NCBI GenBank assembly: GCA_034530615.2
Contig: JAVRCV020000079.1
Location: 32,001 to 96,000, forward strand
Reading direction: 5' to 3'
DNA from: Aulosira sp. ZfuVER01
GTDB lineage: Bacteria; Cyanobacteriota; Cyanobacteriia; Cyanobacteriales; Nostocaceae
DNA length: 64,000 nt
Shown here: piece by piece, positions 43,407-53,934 of the stretch
Layout of the letters: each line of letters opens with the position of its first letter
Position numbering within the stretch: the stretch's first letter is position 1
The notes under the pieces: generated by a model
The model's database searches: none
What the model saw: the letters and a program-made list of their open reading frames with translations, nothing else
What the model was told of the DNA's origin: nothing
Program-made: the position numbers and the translations under genes

Positions 43407-44515
43407 TTAATACTATGCTCAAGTCGCCTTTTCAGGTGCGGATACTTTTAGGAGGAAGGCGTTTAGGTAAAACCAGCGCTTTACGTGCTGTCGAGTGGAA
43501 TTTACTAAATCCCCAGAGCAAATATCCCCGCCGCGCTTTCCCCGTATTAATTGACCTCCAGTTAGAACAACCCAAAGACCTAGATAACCTGCGTTACCTC
43601 CTTATCGCTAGACTCCGGGAAGCCATAGAACGCTGGCGACAAGTTCCTTTAGCCGAAATTCGCCAAATGTACCGCGACTTTCTCAAGAAAATTACAGGTG
43701 GTGAAGTTACCCTCAAATTCCTCAGCCAAGCAGATATTAAATTAAATTTAACTAATTCCGATACTGAAAAGCGGTTAAATAACGATAACTTTCGGTCAGC
43801 TTTCTTAAAAACTACAGAAGAACTGCGAAAGATAAACTTTCAAGGCGTTTGCTTCCTCATCGATGGCGCTGAGTTTATTGTCCACAAATCTTGGGCGAAT
43901 GACGCTTGGGCTTACCTGCGCGGCTTAAAAGATACAGACACCGCGATTAAATCTTGCTTAGGTTTGTTATTCTCCGGCTATCGAGACTTAAAAGAATATC
44001 AGCAGCGCGTCGGTTCGCCATTATTAAACATTGCCGAAATCGAAGGGTTAGCGGCTTTAAATGAAGAAGATAGCAAAAAACTGATAAGCGATCGCGCCGA
44101 ACAAGAAAACATATCCTTAACTGAAGATAGCATCATCTCAATTCTCGAATGGTCAGGATGTTATCCCTACTTGACGCAACAATCACTCAACATGATTTTT
44201 GACTCCAACCAGCAAGACTCCCGCGATAATCTCATAGATAAATTACTCCAGCATCACGACAGAGACTTCTCCGCCTGGTGGAACTCCAAAAAATCCTCTG
44301 GTTGCTTTAGCGAAGACGAACGCACAGTTTATTTTTCCCTAACCCAGAACTCCAAAGCCACCCTCCAAGATTTAGCCAAAGATACAGGCTTCAGCCGAGC
44401 CAAAGTGTCCGAAGCTTTAGAAGTTATAGCTGGTACAGGTGTAATCAGCCCCTTGGATGATGATTTTTATACCGTAGGCTCTCGCCTGTTTGCAGAATGG
44501 GTGAAGCAGCAGTGA
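43319..44515 (+). CDS. AAA-like/STAND P-loop ATPase with C-terminal wHTH
   Basis: FFGR, GGRRLGKTS Walker A, FLIDGAE Walker B-like, SGCYPYL; ATG at 43319. Confidence 0.8.
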   Translation: MPDFDGERPFDNYRVAITDPSHFFGRSDLINTMLKSPFQVRILLGGRRLGKTSALRAVEWNLLNPQSKYPRRAFPVLIDLQLEQPKDLDNLRYLLIARLREAIERWRQVPLAEIRQMYRDFLKKITGGEVTLKFLSQADIKLNLTNSDTEKRLNNDNFRSAFLKTTEELRKINFQGVCFLIDGAEFIVHKSWANDAWAYLRGLKDTDTAIKSCLGLLFSGYRDLKEYQQRVGSPLLNIAEIEGLAALNEEDSKKLISDRAEQENISLTEDSIISILEWSGCYPYLTQQSLNMIFDSNQQDSRDNLIDKLLQHHDRDFSAWWNSKKSSGCFSEDERTVYFSLTQNSKATLQDLAKDTGFSRAKVSEALEVIAGTGVISPLDDDFYTVGSRLFAEWVKQQ

Positions 44516-44605
44516 GGAGAGGGTGGGGAGTGTGGGGAGTGTGGGAAGTGTGGGAGGTGTAGGAAGAAATGCACGATGCCCAATGCACAATGACCAATGA
44601 CCAAT
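44515..44605. repeat. Nonamer and STRR heptamer repeats
   Basis: GGGGAGTGT units and CAATGAC units. Confidence 0.75.
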
Positions 44606-45575
44606 GACAAACAAAGTTTTTATCACTCGCCATCTACCTACTGATTTAGCACAACTAAATGCGATCGCATCTGTGGAAGTTTGGCCGGAACGTCAGCCGC
44701 CGCCTTACGAGGTGTTGCTGGCTAAGGTAAAGGAGGTAGATGGATTATTGTGTCTGTTAACTGACAGAATTGACCAACAACTAATCGCAAGTTCTTCGCT
44801 GAAAGTCATTAGCCAGATGGCTGTGGGTTACGATAACATCGATGTCACGGCGGCTACAGCAAAGAAAATTCCTGTAGGGAATACTCCTGGTGTATTAACA
44901 GATGCTACCGCAGATTTAACTTGGGCGTTACTCATGGCTGCTGCGCGGCGAGTTGTGGAAGCAGATAGATTTACTCGCGCTGGTTTGTGGCAAACTTGGG
45001 AACCGGATTTATTACTAGGGCCGAATGTTGCAGGCGCTACTTTAGGAATTATCGGCTTCGGGCGCATTGGACAAGCTGTTGCGCGTCGTGCCCAAAGTTT
45101 TGATATGAAAATACTGTATACAAGCAGACATCGCTCAGAGCCGGAAATTGAGAAATCCCTGAGTGCGGAGTTTGTACCCTTAGAAACTTTACTGCAAGCA
45201 TCCGACTTCATCAGCATTCATACACCCGGCGCTGATGACACCTATCATTTATTGAGCGATCGCCAATTTGCTTTAATGAAACCATCAGCCATCTTAATTA
45301 ACACCGCACGGGGAACCATCATCGACCAAGAGGCATTGTATCGCGCACTTGACCAACAGCAAATCGCCGCCGCCGCCATAGATGTCACAGAAGTAGAACC
45401 AATCCCAATGGATAGCCCCTTACTAACGCTAGAGAACATAATTATTACACCCCACATCGGTAGCGCCAGCCGCCAAACACGGGCAAAAATGGCAGACATT
45501 GCGATCGCTAATTTAATTGCTGGATTAAAAGGCGATCGTCTTCTTCATTGCGTCAACCCAGAGGTTTATGGTTAA
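44604..45575 (+). CDS. D-glycerate dehydrogenase / glyoxylate reductase
   Basis: AVGYDNID, NTPGVLT, GFGRIG, INTARG, PHIGSAS. Confidence 0.92.
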   Translation: MTNKVFITRHLPTDLAQLNAIASVEVWPERQPPPYEVLLAKVKEVDGLLCLLTDRIDQQLIASSSLKVISQMAVGYDNIDVTAATAKKIPVGNTPGVLTDATADLTWALLMAAARRVVEADRFTRAGLWQTWEPDLLLGPNVAGATLGIIGFGRIGQAVARRAQSFDMKILYTSRHRSEPEIEKSLSAEFVPLETLLQASDFISIHTPGADDTYHLLSDRQFALMKPSAILINTARGTIIDQEALYRALDQQQIAAAAIDVTEVEPIPMDSPLLTLENIIITPHIGSASRQTRAKMADIAIANLIAGLKGDRLLHCVNPEVYG

Positions 45576-45611
45576 CACAAAATAGAAAATAGTCTATTTT
45601 ATTCCCCTGCT

Positions 45612-45665
45612 CCCCACACTCCCCACACTCCCCACACTCCCCACACTCCCCACACTCCCCACACT
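45612..45665. repeat. (CCCCACACT)x6 tandem repeat
   Basis: Six perfect nonamers between convergent genes. Confidence 0.9.
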
Positions 45666-45679
45666 CCCTTCTCTCCGCG

Positions 45680-46690
45680 TCATATTGTCGGGTCTTCGCT
45701 GACCTTAACAATCAGCTTGCCAAAGTTTTCTCCTTGCAACAAACCAATAAAAGCCTTGGGAGCATTTTCCAGACCTTCTACAACGTCTTCTTTATACTTC
45801 AACTTCCCAGCGCGCAACCACTGAGAAACATCATTTAAGAACTCTGGCTGACGGTGTAGATAATCACCGACAAGAAAACCTTTGATTAACGCACGTTTAA
45901 CCAAAATTGGTAACAAATTAGGGCCGGGAGGCGCACTTTCGGCGTTGTACTGCGAAATTAAACCGACTAAGGGAATTCTCGCTGCAAGATTGATTTGCTG
46001 TAACACTGCTTCTAAAATTGGGCCAGCAGTATTGTCATAGTAAACATCGATACCATTAGGGCAAGCTGCTTTGAGTGCGCCATCAAGGTCTTGAGTCTTG
46101 CGGTTGATACAAGCATCAAAACCCAACTCTTTGACTACGTAATCGCATTTTGCATCACTCCCGGCAACTCCCACCACTCGACAGCCTTTAATTTTGGCAA
46201 TTTGACCAGCTACAGAACCGACTGCACCCGAAGCAGCAGAGACAACAACTGTTTCGCCTGCTTGCGGTTGACCAATATCAAGCAAAGCGCAATATGCAGT
46301 CATTCCCGGCATACCTAGGACACCCAAAGCATAGGAAATAGGTGCTTGATTGGGGTCAAGTTTACGCAAAGTCTCGCCTTTAGCTACAGCGTAGCTTTGC
46401 CAACTGTCATAACCAAGCACAAAATCACCCACCGAAAAATTAGGATGGTTAGATTTAATCACTTGGCTAACAGTGTGACCAACCATTACAGACCCCAACT
46501 CCGCAGGCGCAGCATAGGACTCGCGATCGCTCATGCGACCACGCATATAAGGGTCAAGAGACAGATAAATAGTCCGGTTGCAAACTTCCCCTTCTCCTGG
46601 TTCTGGAATTGGAGTTTCCACAACAGCGAAATCACTTTCTTTTGGTTCCCCTGCTGGGCGGCTTTTTAGTAAGATTTGTTTATTTGTCAT
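45680..46690 (-). CDS. NADP-dependent alkenal/one oxidoreductase (PTGR/CurA-like MDR)
   Basis: YLSLDPYMRGRM, LGMPGMTAY, SAASGAVGS, GENFGKL. Confidence 0.9.
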   Translation of the reverse strand: MTNKQILLKSRPAGEPKESDFAVVETPIPEPGEGEVCNRTIYLSLDPYMRGRMSDRESYAAPAELGSVMVGHTVSQVIKSNHPNFSVGDFVLGYDSWQSYAVAKGETLRKLDPNQAPISYALGVLGMPGMTAYCALLDIGQPQAGETVVVSAASGAVGSVAGQIAKIKGCRVVGVAGSDAKCDYVVKELGFDACINRKTQDLDGALKAACPNGIDVYYDNTAGPILEAVLQQINLAARIPLVGLISQYNAESAPPGPNLLPILVKRALIKGFLVGDYLHRQPEFLNDVSQWLRAGKLKYKEDVVEGLENAPKAFIGLLQGENFGKLIVKVSEDPTI

Positions 46691-46809
46691 TGGTCATTTG
46701 TTATTTGTTATTGGGCATAGGACATGGGGCATGGGGCATTGGGCATTTCTTCCTCTCCTTCCTTGTCCCCCTTATCCCCTTCTGCTCCCCACCCTCCCCA
46801 CACTCCTGT

Positions 46810-48195
46810 TCAGCGCGTTACTGATACTTGTTGTTGCTCGGGTGCAGAAGCCTGATTGGCAATTTGTTTAATTTGTACCTTAAGACCGTATTCTGGGCGA
46901 AGGGTAATTGAGGGTTGCGGTACAATCGGGAATCCTGGTATCAATTCTATGTGGAAGCGTTGGGCGATGGTAGCCAGTAATAAAGCTGCTTCCATTTGCG
47001 CAAAGCCTTTACCGATACAAATGCGCGGGCCATCGCCAAAAGGAAAATATACACCTTTGGGTAGTTGTTTCTCAAAATCGGCTGTCCAGCGTTCTGGTTG
47101 GAAGGTTTCGGGATCGGTGAAATATTTGGGATGGCGATGCATTACCCACTGACTGATCATTATCGTTGTGCCTTGGGAAATTTCATAGTCGCCAATGGTG
47201 GTATCTTGCGCTGCTTCTCGCCCTAAGAGTGATACGGGAGGATACAACCGCATTGATTCTTTAATTACTTGCTGAGTATAAGGTAAGCGGGGAAGGTCTT
47301 GGATTGTAGGTAATTTTCCTTGCAAAACTTGGTTTAACTCGGTAGAGAGTTTATCTTGAACTTCGGGATGTTGCGATAACAGCATCCATGTCCAAGATAA
47401 AGTATTGGCGGTGGTTTCATGACCTGCCAGCATTAAGGTTGCTACTTCATCTCGCAGTAGCTTATCGTCCATTTGTTGCTGAGTTTCTTCGTCCCGTGCT
47501 TCCATGAGCATCGACAGCAAATCGTTGGTTTTCTCGCCACTTTTACGGCGATCGCTTATTAGTTTATAAATAGCTGCATCCATTTCCGCCACGGCTTGAC
47601 GATACCGAACGTTTTCTTCCCTTGGGAACCACTCCCACACCAAAAAATTCTGTCGTCGCTTGCTTTCAAACCAATGCATTGTCACATCTAAAGCATTAGC
47701 AACCACTTTCGCTTCACCTGCATCCACATCGGCGTTAAAAATGCACTTCATTACAATCGCCAAGGTGAGGTGCATCATATCTGCGTGAATATCATGAATT
47801 TCACCATCATGCCAAGTTTGCAACATTCGGCTGGTGTACTCTACCATTGTTTCACCGTATTCATTAATCCGCCTTTGGTGAAATACAGGTTGAGCTAGGC
47901 GACGTTGCCATAACCAAGATTCTCCTTCTGCGGTTAACAATCCTTCACCTAGTAGAGTTTTTAAAACACGGAAGCCTCGGCTTTTGATAAAACTCTCGCG
48001 ATTTTTGAGAACTTCTTCAATATATTCAGGATTAGTCAGCAAACAAGAAGGTGTTAATCCTAAGCGTAACGGGACAATATCACCATAGTCACGACAACGA
48101 GTGAGAAAGCCTAACGGATCGTCTCCTAATTCAACCAAATGCCCGACGATAGAGTTAATTGGTGGTGCTGGTAACTCGAATATATGTTGAGCCAT
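46810..48195 (-). CDS. Cytochrome P450
   Basis: AGHETT, ESMR (ExxR), PERW, FGDGPRICIG. Confidence 0.95.
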   Translation of the reverse strand: MAQHIFELPAPPINSIVGHLVELGDDPLGFLTRCRDYGDIVPLRLGLTPSCLLTNPEYIEEVLKNRESFIKSRGFRVLKTLLGEGLLTAEGESWLWQRRLAQPVFHQRRINEYGETMVEYTSRMLQTWHDGEIHDIHADMMHLTLAIVMKCIFNADVDAGEAKVVANALDVTMHWFESKRRQNFLVWEWFPREENVRYRQAVAEMDAAIYKLISDRRKSGEKTNDLLSMLMEARDEETQQQMDDKLLRDEVATLMLAGHETTANTLSWTWMLLSQHPEVQDKLSTELNQVLQGKLPTIQDLPRLPYTQQVIKESMRLYPPVSLLGREAAQDTTIGDYEISQGTTIMISQWVMHRHPKYFTDPETFQPERWTADFEKQLPKGVYFPFGDGPRICIGKGFAQMEAALLLATIAQRFHIELIPGFPIVPQPSITLRPEYGLKVQIKQIANQASAPEQQQVSVTR

Positions 48196-48607
48196 AGCAG
48201 AAATTCTCCACGCTGATTGCCTTTTTGCAGGTTAATTTACTGTGACCAAAAATTCCTCATCAAAAAGAAAGATTTTAGGGCTGAAGCAAGTGCCATATTT
48301 TTTTCGTGGAGGTTGTCCAGTGCCATTCGGCGTTGCACAATAGTGGAATTAATTGAGGCAAGCAGGGGAAGTAGAGAGAGAATTTGATAAGTTATTAAAT
48401 CATCCTTTGATTTTACCTTCTGCCTCCTGCCTTCTGCCTTCTTCATGAGAAAAGCAAACACAGCAGTATTTATACACAACAAGTTGTAAAAAAATCCCTG
48501 TAAATTTATCACATTGCTGAATAATCGATCTAATCAGCGATCGCTTTGCTTTGAAAGCTCAAAAGCGATCGCCAATTTAAAACAGTTTAAATTCTAAGAA
48601 CATAAAT

Positions 48608-49918
48608 ATGAAACAGTTACAGATAAATTTGTCGTTGGTGCCAATTTTTGTGGTGCTTACAGCAAACTCTGCGTTGGCTGGTGGATTTGCTCTCAACGAA
48701 CAAAGTGTCAAAGCTCTAGGAAATGGCTTTGCTGGTAGTGCTGCTAGTGCGGAGGATGCTAGTACAATTTTCTATAATCCTGCGGGATTAACTCGATTAG
48801 AAGGTAATTCTTTAGTTGGGGCTACCTTTGTGATTTTCCCAACAATTAGGTTTCAAAACCAAGGTTCTCGCGTAGTAACAGGTGCGCCATTAACGGGTGG
48901 TAACAGTGGCGATGCTGGTGTAGATGTTGTAGTGCCAAACCTTTATGCTGCTTGGAGCCTATCCGATCGCGTTAAGCTAGGACTGGGAATTAATGTTCCT
49001 TTTGGGCTAATTACTAAATATGACAATAACTGGGTTGGGCGTTACCAAGCAGTTGAATCTAAATTTACCACCTATAATATCAATCCCACTATTGCCGCTA
49101 AGGTGACAGATAATTTTTCTGTAGGCGCAGGTCTGAATATTCAGTATGCTGAAGCCACACTCTCAAATGCCATCGACTTTGGTTTAGTGGGGCGGAGTGT
49201 TGGTTTACCTACCTTACCCCAACAAGCAGACGGCTTTGTGAAAGTCACTGGTTCCGATTGGAGTGTCGGCTATAACCTGGGGATGATGTACGAACCAAGT
49301 AAAAGCACGCGCATTGGTTTAAGTTACCGTTCTCCGATTACTCAAGACATCCGGGGTAATGCAGATTTTACCGTCCCAGACAATCTGAGAATATTGACTG
49401 CTAGGGGACAGTTCACAGACACAGGAGCCAGCGCTGTGGTAAAACTACCTGATACATTGTCGCTTGCTGTTTACCAAGAACTTAGCCCCCAAGTATCAGT
49501 TGTTGGCGATGTTACCTGGACACATTGGAGCCGCTTCCAAGAACTGCGCGTGAAGTTTGACAACCCTGCTCAAGCCGATAGCGTACAACCAGAGAACTGG
49601 GACGATACTTACCGTATAGGAGTTGGGTTAAACTACGCAGTTAACGATCAATTAACTCTGCGAACTGGTGTTACCTACGATCCTAGTCCAATTAGCGATC
49701 ACTATAATACCCCACGGCTACCAGGAGGCGATCGCACTTTGCTAGGATTTGGTGCTACCTACAAGCCTTCCAAATCCTTTAATGTAGATATTGGTTATTC
49801 TCATGTGTTCTCTGACGATAGCTCAATTAACCAATCAAGCACCACAGCAGGTACACTTGCTGGGAAATTTGAAAGTGAAGTGGATGTTTTGGGTTTACAA
49901 CTAAACTGGCAGTTTTAG
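48608..49918 (+). CDS. OmpP1/FadL family outer-membrane transporter
   Basis: Signal peptide; GFALNEQS...DASTIFYNPAGL; PFGL; C-terminal Phe. Confidence 0.9.
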   Translation: MKQLQINLSLVPIFVVLTANSALAGGFALNEQSVKALGNGFAGSAASAEDASTIFYNPAGLTRLEGNSLVGATFVIFPTIRFQNQGSRVVTGAPLTGGNSGDAGVDVVVPNLYAAWSLSDRVKLGLGINVPFGLITKYDNNWVGRYQAVESKFTTYNINPTIAAKVTDNFSVGAGLNIQYAEATLSNAIDFGLVGRSVGLPTLPQQADGFVKVTGSDWSVGYNLGMMYEPSKSTRIGLSYRSPITQDIRGNADFTVPDNLRILTARGQFTDTGASAVVKLPDTLSLAVYQELSPQVSVVGDVTWTHWSRFQELRVKFDNPAQADSVQPENWDDTYRIGVGLNYAVNDQLTLRTGVTYDPSPISDHYNTPRLPGGDRTLLGFGATYKPSKSFNVDIGYSHVFSDDSSINQSSTTAGTLAGKFESEVDVLGLQLNWQF

Positions 49919-50006
49919 GTAAATTCCAATAATTACACCTCAGTGGGGGCACAACATTGTTGTGCCCTTGGTAATTTAAAGATATATTCCATGCACAGCA
50001 AATGAC

Positions 50007-51482
50007 ATGAGTGATGTCGTAGTTGGCTTAGATTTGGGTACAGGAGGAGTAAGAGCGATCGCGGTTGACCTACAAGGGCAAATTATCGCTCAGACTACGA
50101 GAAGCTATCCCCTGTTAACTCCACACCCCGGTTGGACAGAACAAAATTCATCGGATTGGGTGGAAGCAAGCTTAGCTGCACTATCTGATGTTGCTCAACA
50201 AATAAATGGACACCAAGCCATCGCCTTGGGTTTATCAGGACAAATGCATGGTATGGTTCCTCTCGATGCTGAGGGAAAAGCAATTAGACCAGCAATTTTG
50301 TGGAATGACCAACGTACAGGTAAAGCAGTTGCGGAAATTGAAGCTGTTATCTCCTGCCAGGAGTTGATTCGGCGCACCGGAAATCCGGCAATCACTGGAT
50401 TTCAACTGCCGAAGCTGGTATGGTTGCGGAATGAAGAACCAGATGCTTATGCTCAGTTATGGCAGATTCTTTTACCAAAAGATTATCTAGGATATGTGCT
50501 AACTGGCGAATCATTCACAGAACCTTCTGATGCGTCTGGTATCGGCTGTTTGAACTTGGCAAATCGCCAATGGGATAAAGATATTCTTGACGCTCTCAAT
50601 ATTAATTCAGGATTGTTTCCCCCCGTAATCGAGTCTACTGCGATCACTGGACGGTTGAAATCAGAAATTGCCACTCGTGTAGGACTACCCACCGGATTAC
50701 CTGTAGTCGCAGGCGGAGGCGATAATGCAGCCGCAGCAATTGGTTTGGGCATTTCCTCCAGCAACCTCAACCGGGGTAGTTTGAGTATTGGCACATCAGG
50801 AGTAATCTTTGCACCATGCGATCGCCCAATTCCCGATCCTCAAGGAAGGGTGCATTTATTCTGCCATGTCGATGGTGGTTATCATCTTTTGGGAGTAACG
50901 CTGGCGGCTGGTGGATCTCTGCGTTGGTATCGAGATACCTTTGCACCACAGATATCCTACACCGAGTTAATGGATATGGCAGAGCGATCGCTTCCGGGTG
51001 CGCGTGGCGTTCTCTTTCTCCCCCACCTTGCAGGCGAACGCAGTCCCCACCTCGATCCAGATACGCGCGGGGCTTTAGTTAATCTGTCATTAGCTCATAC
51101 ACAAGCAGATATAACTCGTGCAGTGCTAGAAGGCGTTGCATTTAGCTTGCGGGAAGCCTTGGAAGTAAGTAATGCGATCGCTCCTGTGCATCAACTGCTG
51201 GCAACAGGCGGAGGCGCACGCTCTAAAATCTGGTTAGGAATTTTGGCAGATATTTTGCAAACAGACCTGATTGCACCCAAAGCCGAAGAAGGAGCCGCTT
51301 ACGGAGCAGCGATTTTAGCAATGGTGGGGGTTGGTGCATATCCGAATTTAGAGGCTGCATTTAAGATACTGCCACAGGATAGCCAGGTGGTACAGCCGCA
51401 AGTAAATCCCTTGTATGAAGCAGGGTTTGAGCGATATAAGTTATTGTATGAAGCGCTTAAAAAAATTCGTAATTACGCCTAA
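50007..51482 (+). CDS. xylB: Xylulokinase (FGGY family)
   Basis: [42 protein letters not shown]. Confidence 0.92.
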   Translation: MSDVVVGLDLGTGGVRAIAVDLQGQIIAQTTRSYPLLTPHPGWTEQNSSDWVEASLAALSDVAQQINGHQAIALGLSGQMHGMVPLDAEGKAIRPAILWNDQRTGKAVAEIEAVISCQELIRRTGNPAITGFQLPKLVWLRNEEPDAYAQLWQILLPKDYLGYVLTGESFTEPSDASGIGCLNLANRQWDKDILDALNINSGLFPPVIESTAITGRLKSEIATRVGLPTGLPVVAGGGDNAAAAIGLGISSSNLNRGSLSIGTSGVIFAPCDRPIPDPQGRVHLFCHVDGGYHLLGVTLAAGGSLRWYRDTFAPQISYTELMDMAERSLPGARGVLFLPHLAGERSPHLDPDTRGALVNLSLAHTQADITRAVLEGVAFSLREALEVSNAIAPVHQLLATGGGARSKIWLGILADILQTDLIAPKAEEGAAYGAAILAMVGVGAYPNLEAAFKILPQDSQVVQPQVNPLYEAGFERYKLLYEALKKIRNYA

Positions 51483-51515
51483 TGTAAATACGTAACCAGT
51501 GAGGGCACGGCAATT

Positions 51516-51759
51516 CCATACGTGTTAACTTAAACTTAGATGCATACAGCGTCAGTCTTTGGGGTTCTCTTTCTTTGCACCGTAAACTTTCGATCCCCCC
51601 TAACCCCCCTTAAAAAAGGGGGGAAAAGAATCAAAGTCCCCCTTATTAAGGGGAGCCACTGCGTTGGGCGGGTTTCCCGACTTGTAGCAAGTGGCGTGGA
51701 TTTAGGGGGATCGAATATCTTGAGCAACAAAGCCTTTCACGTTAAGTTGACACCAATGG
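51516..51759. mobile_element. MITE-like element (~244 bp) inserted in a REP, carrying nested palindromes and an SDR
   Basis: Imperfect TIR CCATACGTGTTAACTTAA / TTAAGTTGACACCAATGG; GCAAT on both flanks. Confidence 0.6.
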
Positions 51760-51814
51760 GCAATGCCATATCCCTACTGTTGTCTGATTAGGTTACTGTT
51801 GTGAGATCGCTCCT

Positions 51815-51880
51815 ATGTTGCCAAGCTGCTACCCAATATTCAGCAATACCCAAATCTTCATAGAGACTTCGCTTTCTACA
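51815..51880 (-). pseudogene. Uma2 (DUF820) endonuclease fragment
   Basis: RKRSLYEDLGIAEYWV resembles the Uma2 K..LY...GI.EYWV motif. Confidence 0.6.
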
Positions 51881-51881
51881 A

Positions 51882-52955
51882 CTAAGGAAACACAAGTGTA
51901 GCCGCAACCCCAGCGTGATCGGACGGCCAAAGGCCCGATGGTGTTCGGTCAGCCGAGTTGTCTCCGACGACATCCGCACTCAGTGCTTTGATAGTGCCAC
52001 GAAACAGAACGAAATCGATGCGGCTGTTGAGAGCCGAAACAGAATTTAGGAGATCTGCGTTCTGACAACAGGTTGGGATGCTTCCAACTCCCGCCTTGAA
52101 TGCAGCATCAGCAAACCCCGCCGCAAACAAGTCGTTGTACGCCTCACCGCTGCCGTCGCCTGGTGAGTTGAAATCGCCAAGGAGGACAACTGGCAACTGG
52201 GTAGCTGCCGGACCATTCAGCAACTCGACCACCTGTTTTTGCTGGATATCGGGTGAAGGCAGGCAAGCAGCGTCCAAGTGCGTACTAATTAGACGCAAGG
52301 ACTTGCCCCGAATTTTCGCATCGACCGCCACCCACCCTCGCTGGAGTGTTATCGGCCCAGTAATGGGGCTGGGAATTATGCAATTGGTGACGAAGTTCCC
52401 GCCTTGAGCATTGGACAGCTTGAGATCCGCAGTCTTCAAGTCTGCACGGGCAAGGATCACCTCGCGATCGGTGTGGCGGACATCAATGCCGAGATCGCTG
52501 GGGAGTTCGACATCTAAGTTAATTGATTGCACCACAACCTTGTACTTTAGCCCGCGCTTGGCTAAGGCATCTAGAAGGATCTGGACGTAATCGAGCGCCA
52601 CAGTAGTGGCCGGAGTTTTTGGACCATCCGGCGGGGTTTGCGTCCGAACCAGGATAGCTTCCTGTAGACCGATAAAGTCAGGCCGCTTTGCCTCGATTTC
52701 AGCGGCGAGAGCTGCTGCCCGTTCGGGAAACTTTCTGTCAAAATAGCCTTTGTAAACCGTAGCTACTTTATTGAGCAGATCGGAGAAACTCTTAGCGGTA
52801 GGGAGAGCGGAAAGTTCAGCATCCACTCCGTTATAGACGTTTTGGGTCATGACCGTGACGTTGCGATCGCCAGCAAATGGAATCGCCTGTTGTGCCATAA
52901 CCGACGCGGACGATAACATCACTAATACCGGGATAGTGAAAACAGGTGCTTTCAT
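51882..52955 (-). CDS. Secreted endonuclease/exonuclease/phosphatase (EEP) family protein
   Basis: Signal peptide; MTQNV, GLQEA, STHLD, GDFNS, RIDFV, SDHAGV; visibly GC-rich. Confidence 0.88.
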   Translation of the reverse strand: MKAPVFTIPVLVMLSSASVMAQQAIPFAGDRNVTVMTQNVYNGVDAELSALPTAKSFSDLLNKVATVYKGYFDRKFPERAAALAAEIEAKRPDFIGLQEAILVRTQTPPDGPKTPATTVALDYVQILLDALAKRGLKYKVVVQSINLDVELPSDLGIDVRHTDREVILARADLKTADLKLSNAQGGNFVTNCIIPSPITGPITLQRGWVAVDAKIRGKSLRLISTHLDAACLPSPDIQQKQVVELLNGPAATQLPVVLLGDFNSPGDGSGEAYNDLFAAGFADAAFKAGVGSIPTCCQNADLLNSVSALNSRIDFVLFRGTIKALSADVVGDNSADRTPSGLWPSDHAGVAATLVFP

Positions 52956-53022
52956 GGTTCGCCTCTTCTATTCATGGTTCGGGTCGGAGGCATATTTTCT
53001 TTGACCTCCTCGGTTACTTTCT

Positions 53023-53076
53023 GCCTAACGATTAAGCTGAACCGCAACGCCGTTTTGCACCGCTGTACAGTTAGTA
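53023..53076 (-). other. Degenerate integron attC-like site
   Basis: Minus strand CTAAC...GCGGTTCAGCTTAATC-GTTAGGC; GTTRRRY core just upstream of the EEP gene. Confidence 0.45.
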
Positions 53077-53296
53077 ACAAATTCTACAGTGCTGAAATTT
53101 TACCATATTCCTCTTTTTACTCGGTCATTCGAGTTCAGAACTCGGAGTTTCGACCTTTTTGCTCGGATGTTGCTGTTCTGAAGTTGGATGATGGTGTTCG
53201 GAAGGCGATCGCTCCTACTCCCCTCCCACAATTGCAAATCCCTCAAAGCATGGGCTAGAGAGGGATTTTGGTTATTAGGTATTGGGTTTTTGACTA

Positions 53297-53527
53297 CTAG
53301 ATCAAATTACTTGCTTTCTTAACTACTTCCTTTAACTGTTCAAAGGTGATACTACCGTCTTTATCTCCATGCATAGCTAGCAATTCCTGGGGGCTACTGA
53401 TACCTGTTTCAGCCGAGATGATTGCACTTAAACCAGGGCTTAAAAAAAGCTCATTAATGGAGATTTTGCCATCTTGATCGGTATCTAAGGTATTAAAAAG
53501 AGATTGAAGCTCTTGTTCGGTTGCCAT
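53297..53527 (-). CDS. cse: Small EF-hand Ca2+-sensor protein (CSE-like)
   Basis: DTDQDGKISINE canonical EF-hand; resembles the recalled Anabaena CSE sequence. Confidence 0.8.
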   Translation of the reverse strand: MATEQELQSLFNTLDTDQDGKISINELFLSPGLSAIISAETGISSPQELLAMHGDKDGSITFEQLKEVVKKASNLI

Positions 53528-53739
53528 AAGTTTCTATCTGAATTAATTTTTCAATTTAATATGTCAAAATTAAACAAACTTATATCAAAAGACGTAAAAA
53601 TGGGTATCGCTGGGGCTTAGATTGGCAGTACCGCCGTAACTAGCAGTGAAGACCTCATTGCTGCCAAAATTTAACCCCATCGCCTCACAAATGGGGTTAT
53701 GGGTGTAGAAGGATGAAAGTTGAGGGGAAGGGCAGAGGG

Positions 53740-53850
53740 GCGATCGCGCAAACGCTTCACTACCAACTGCCAAGGTAGTATCATCTATCAAATCTTGCAA
53801 TTGGTTGAGCGATCGCAATCAGGGATACAAGGCCTCGAATATTTCTACTA
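53740..53850 (-). pseudogene. Remnant of a hypothetical gene
   Basis: VEIFEALYP*LRSLNQLQDLIDDTTLAVGSEAF with an in-frame stop; ends at a HIP1 site. Confidence 0.35.
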
Positions 53851-53934
53851 TCAAACGATCGCCTGATTGAATGCGATATCTACGACAAATTGATCCAGCA
53901 TCTACGTAAAATTAACTTTCCTTACCAAAATCAT

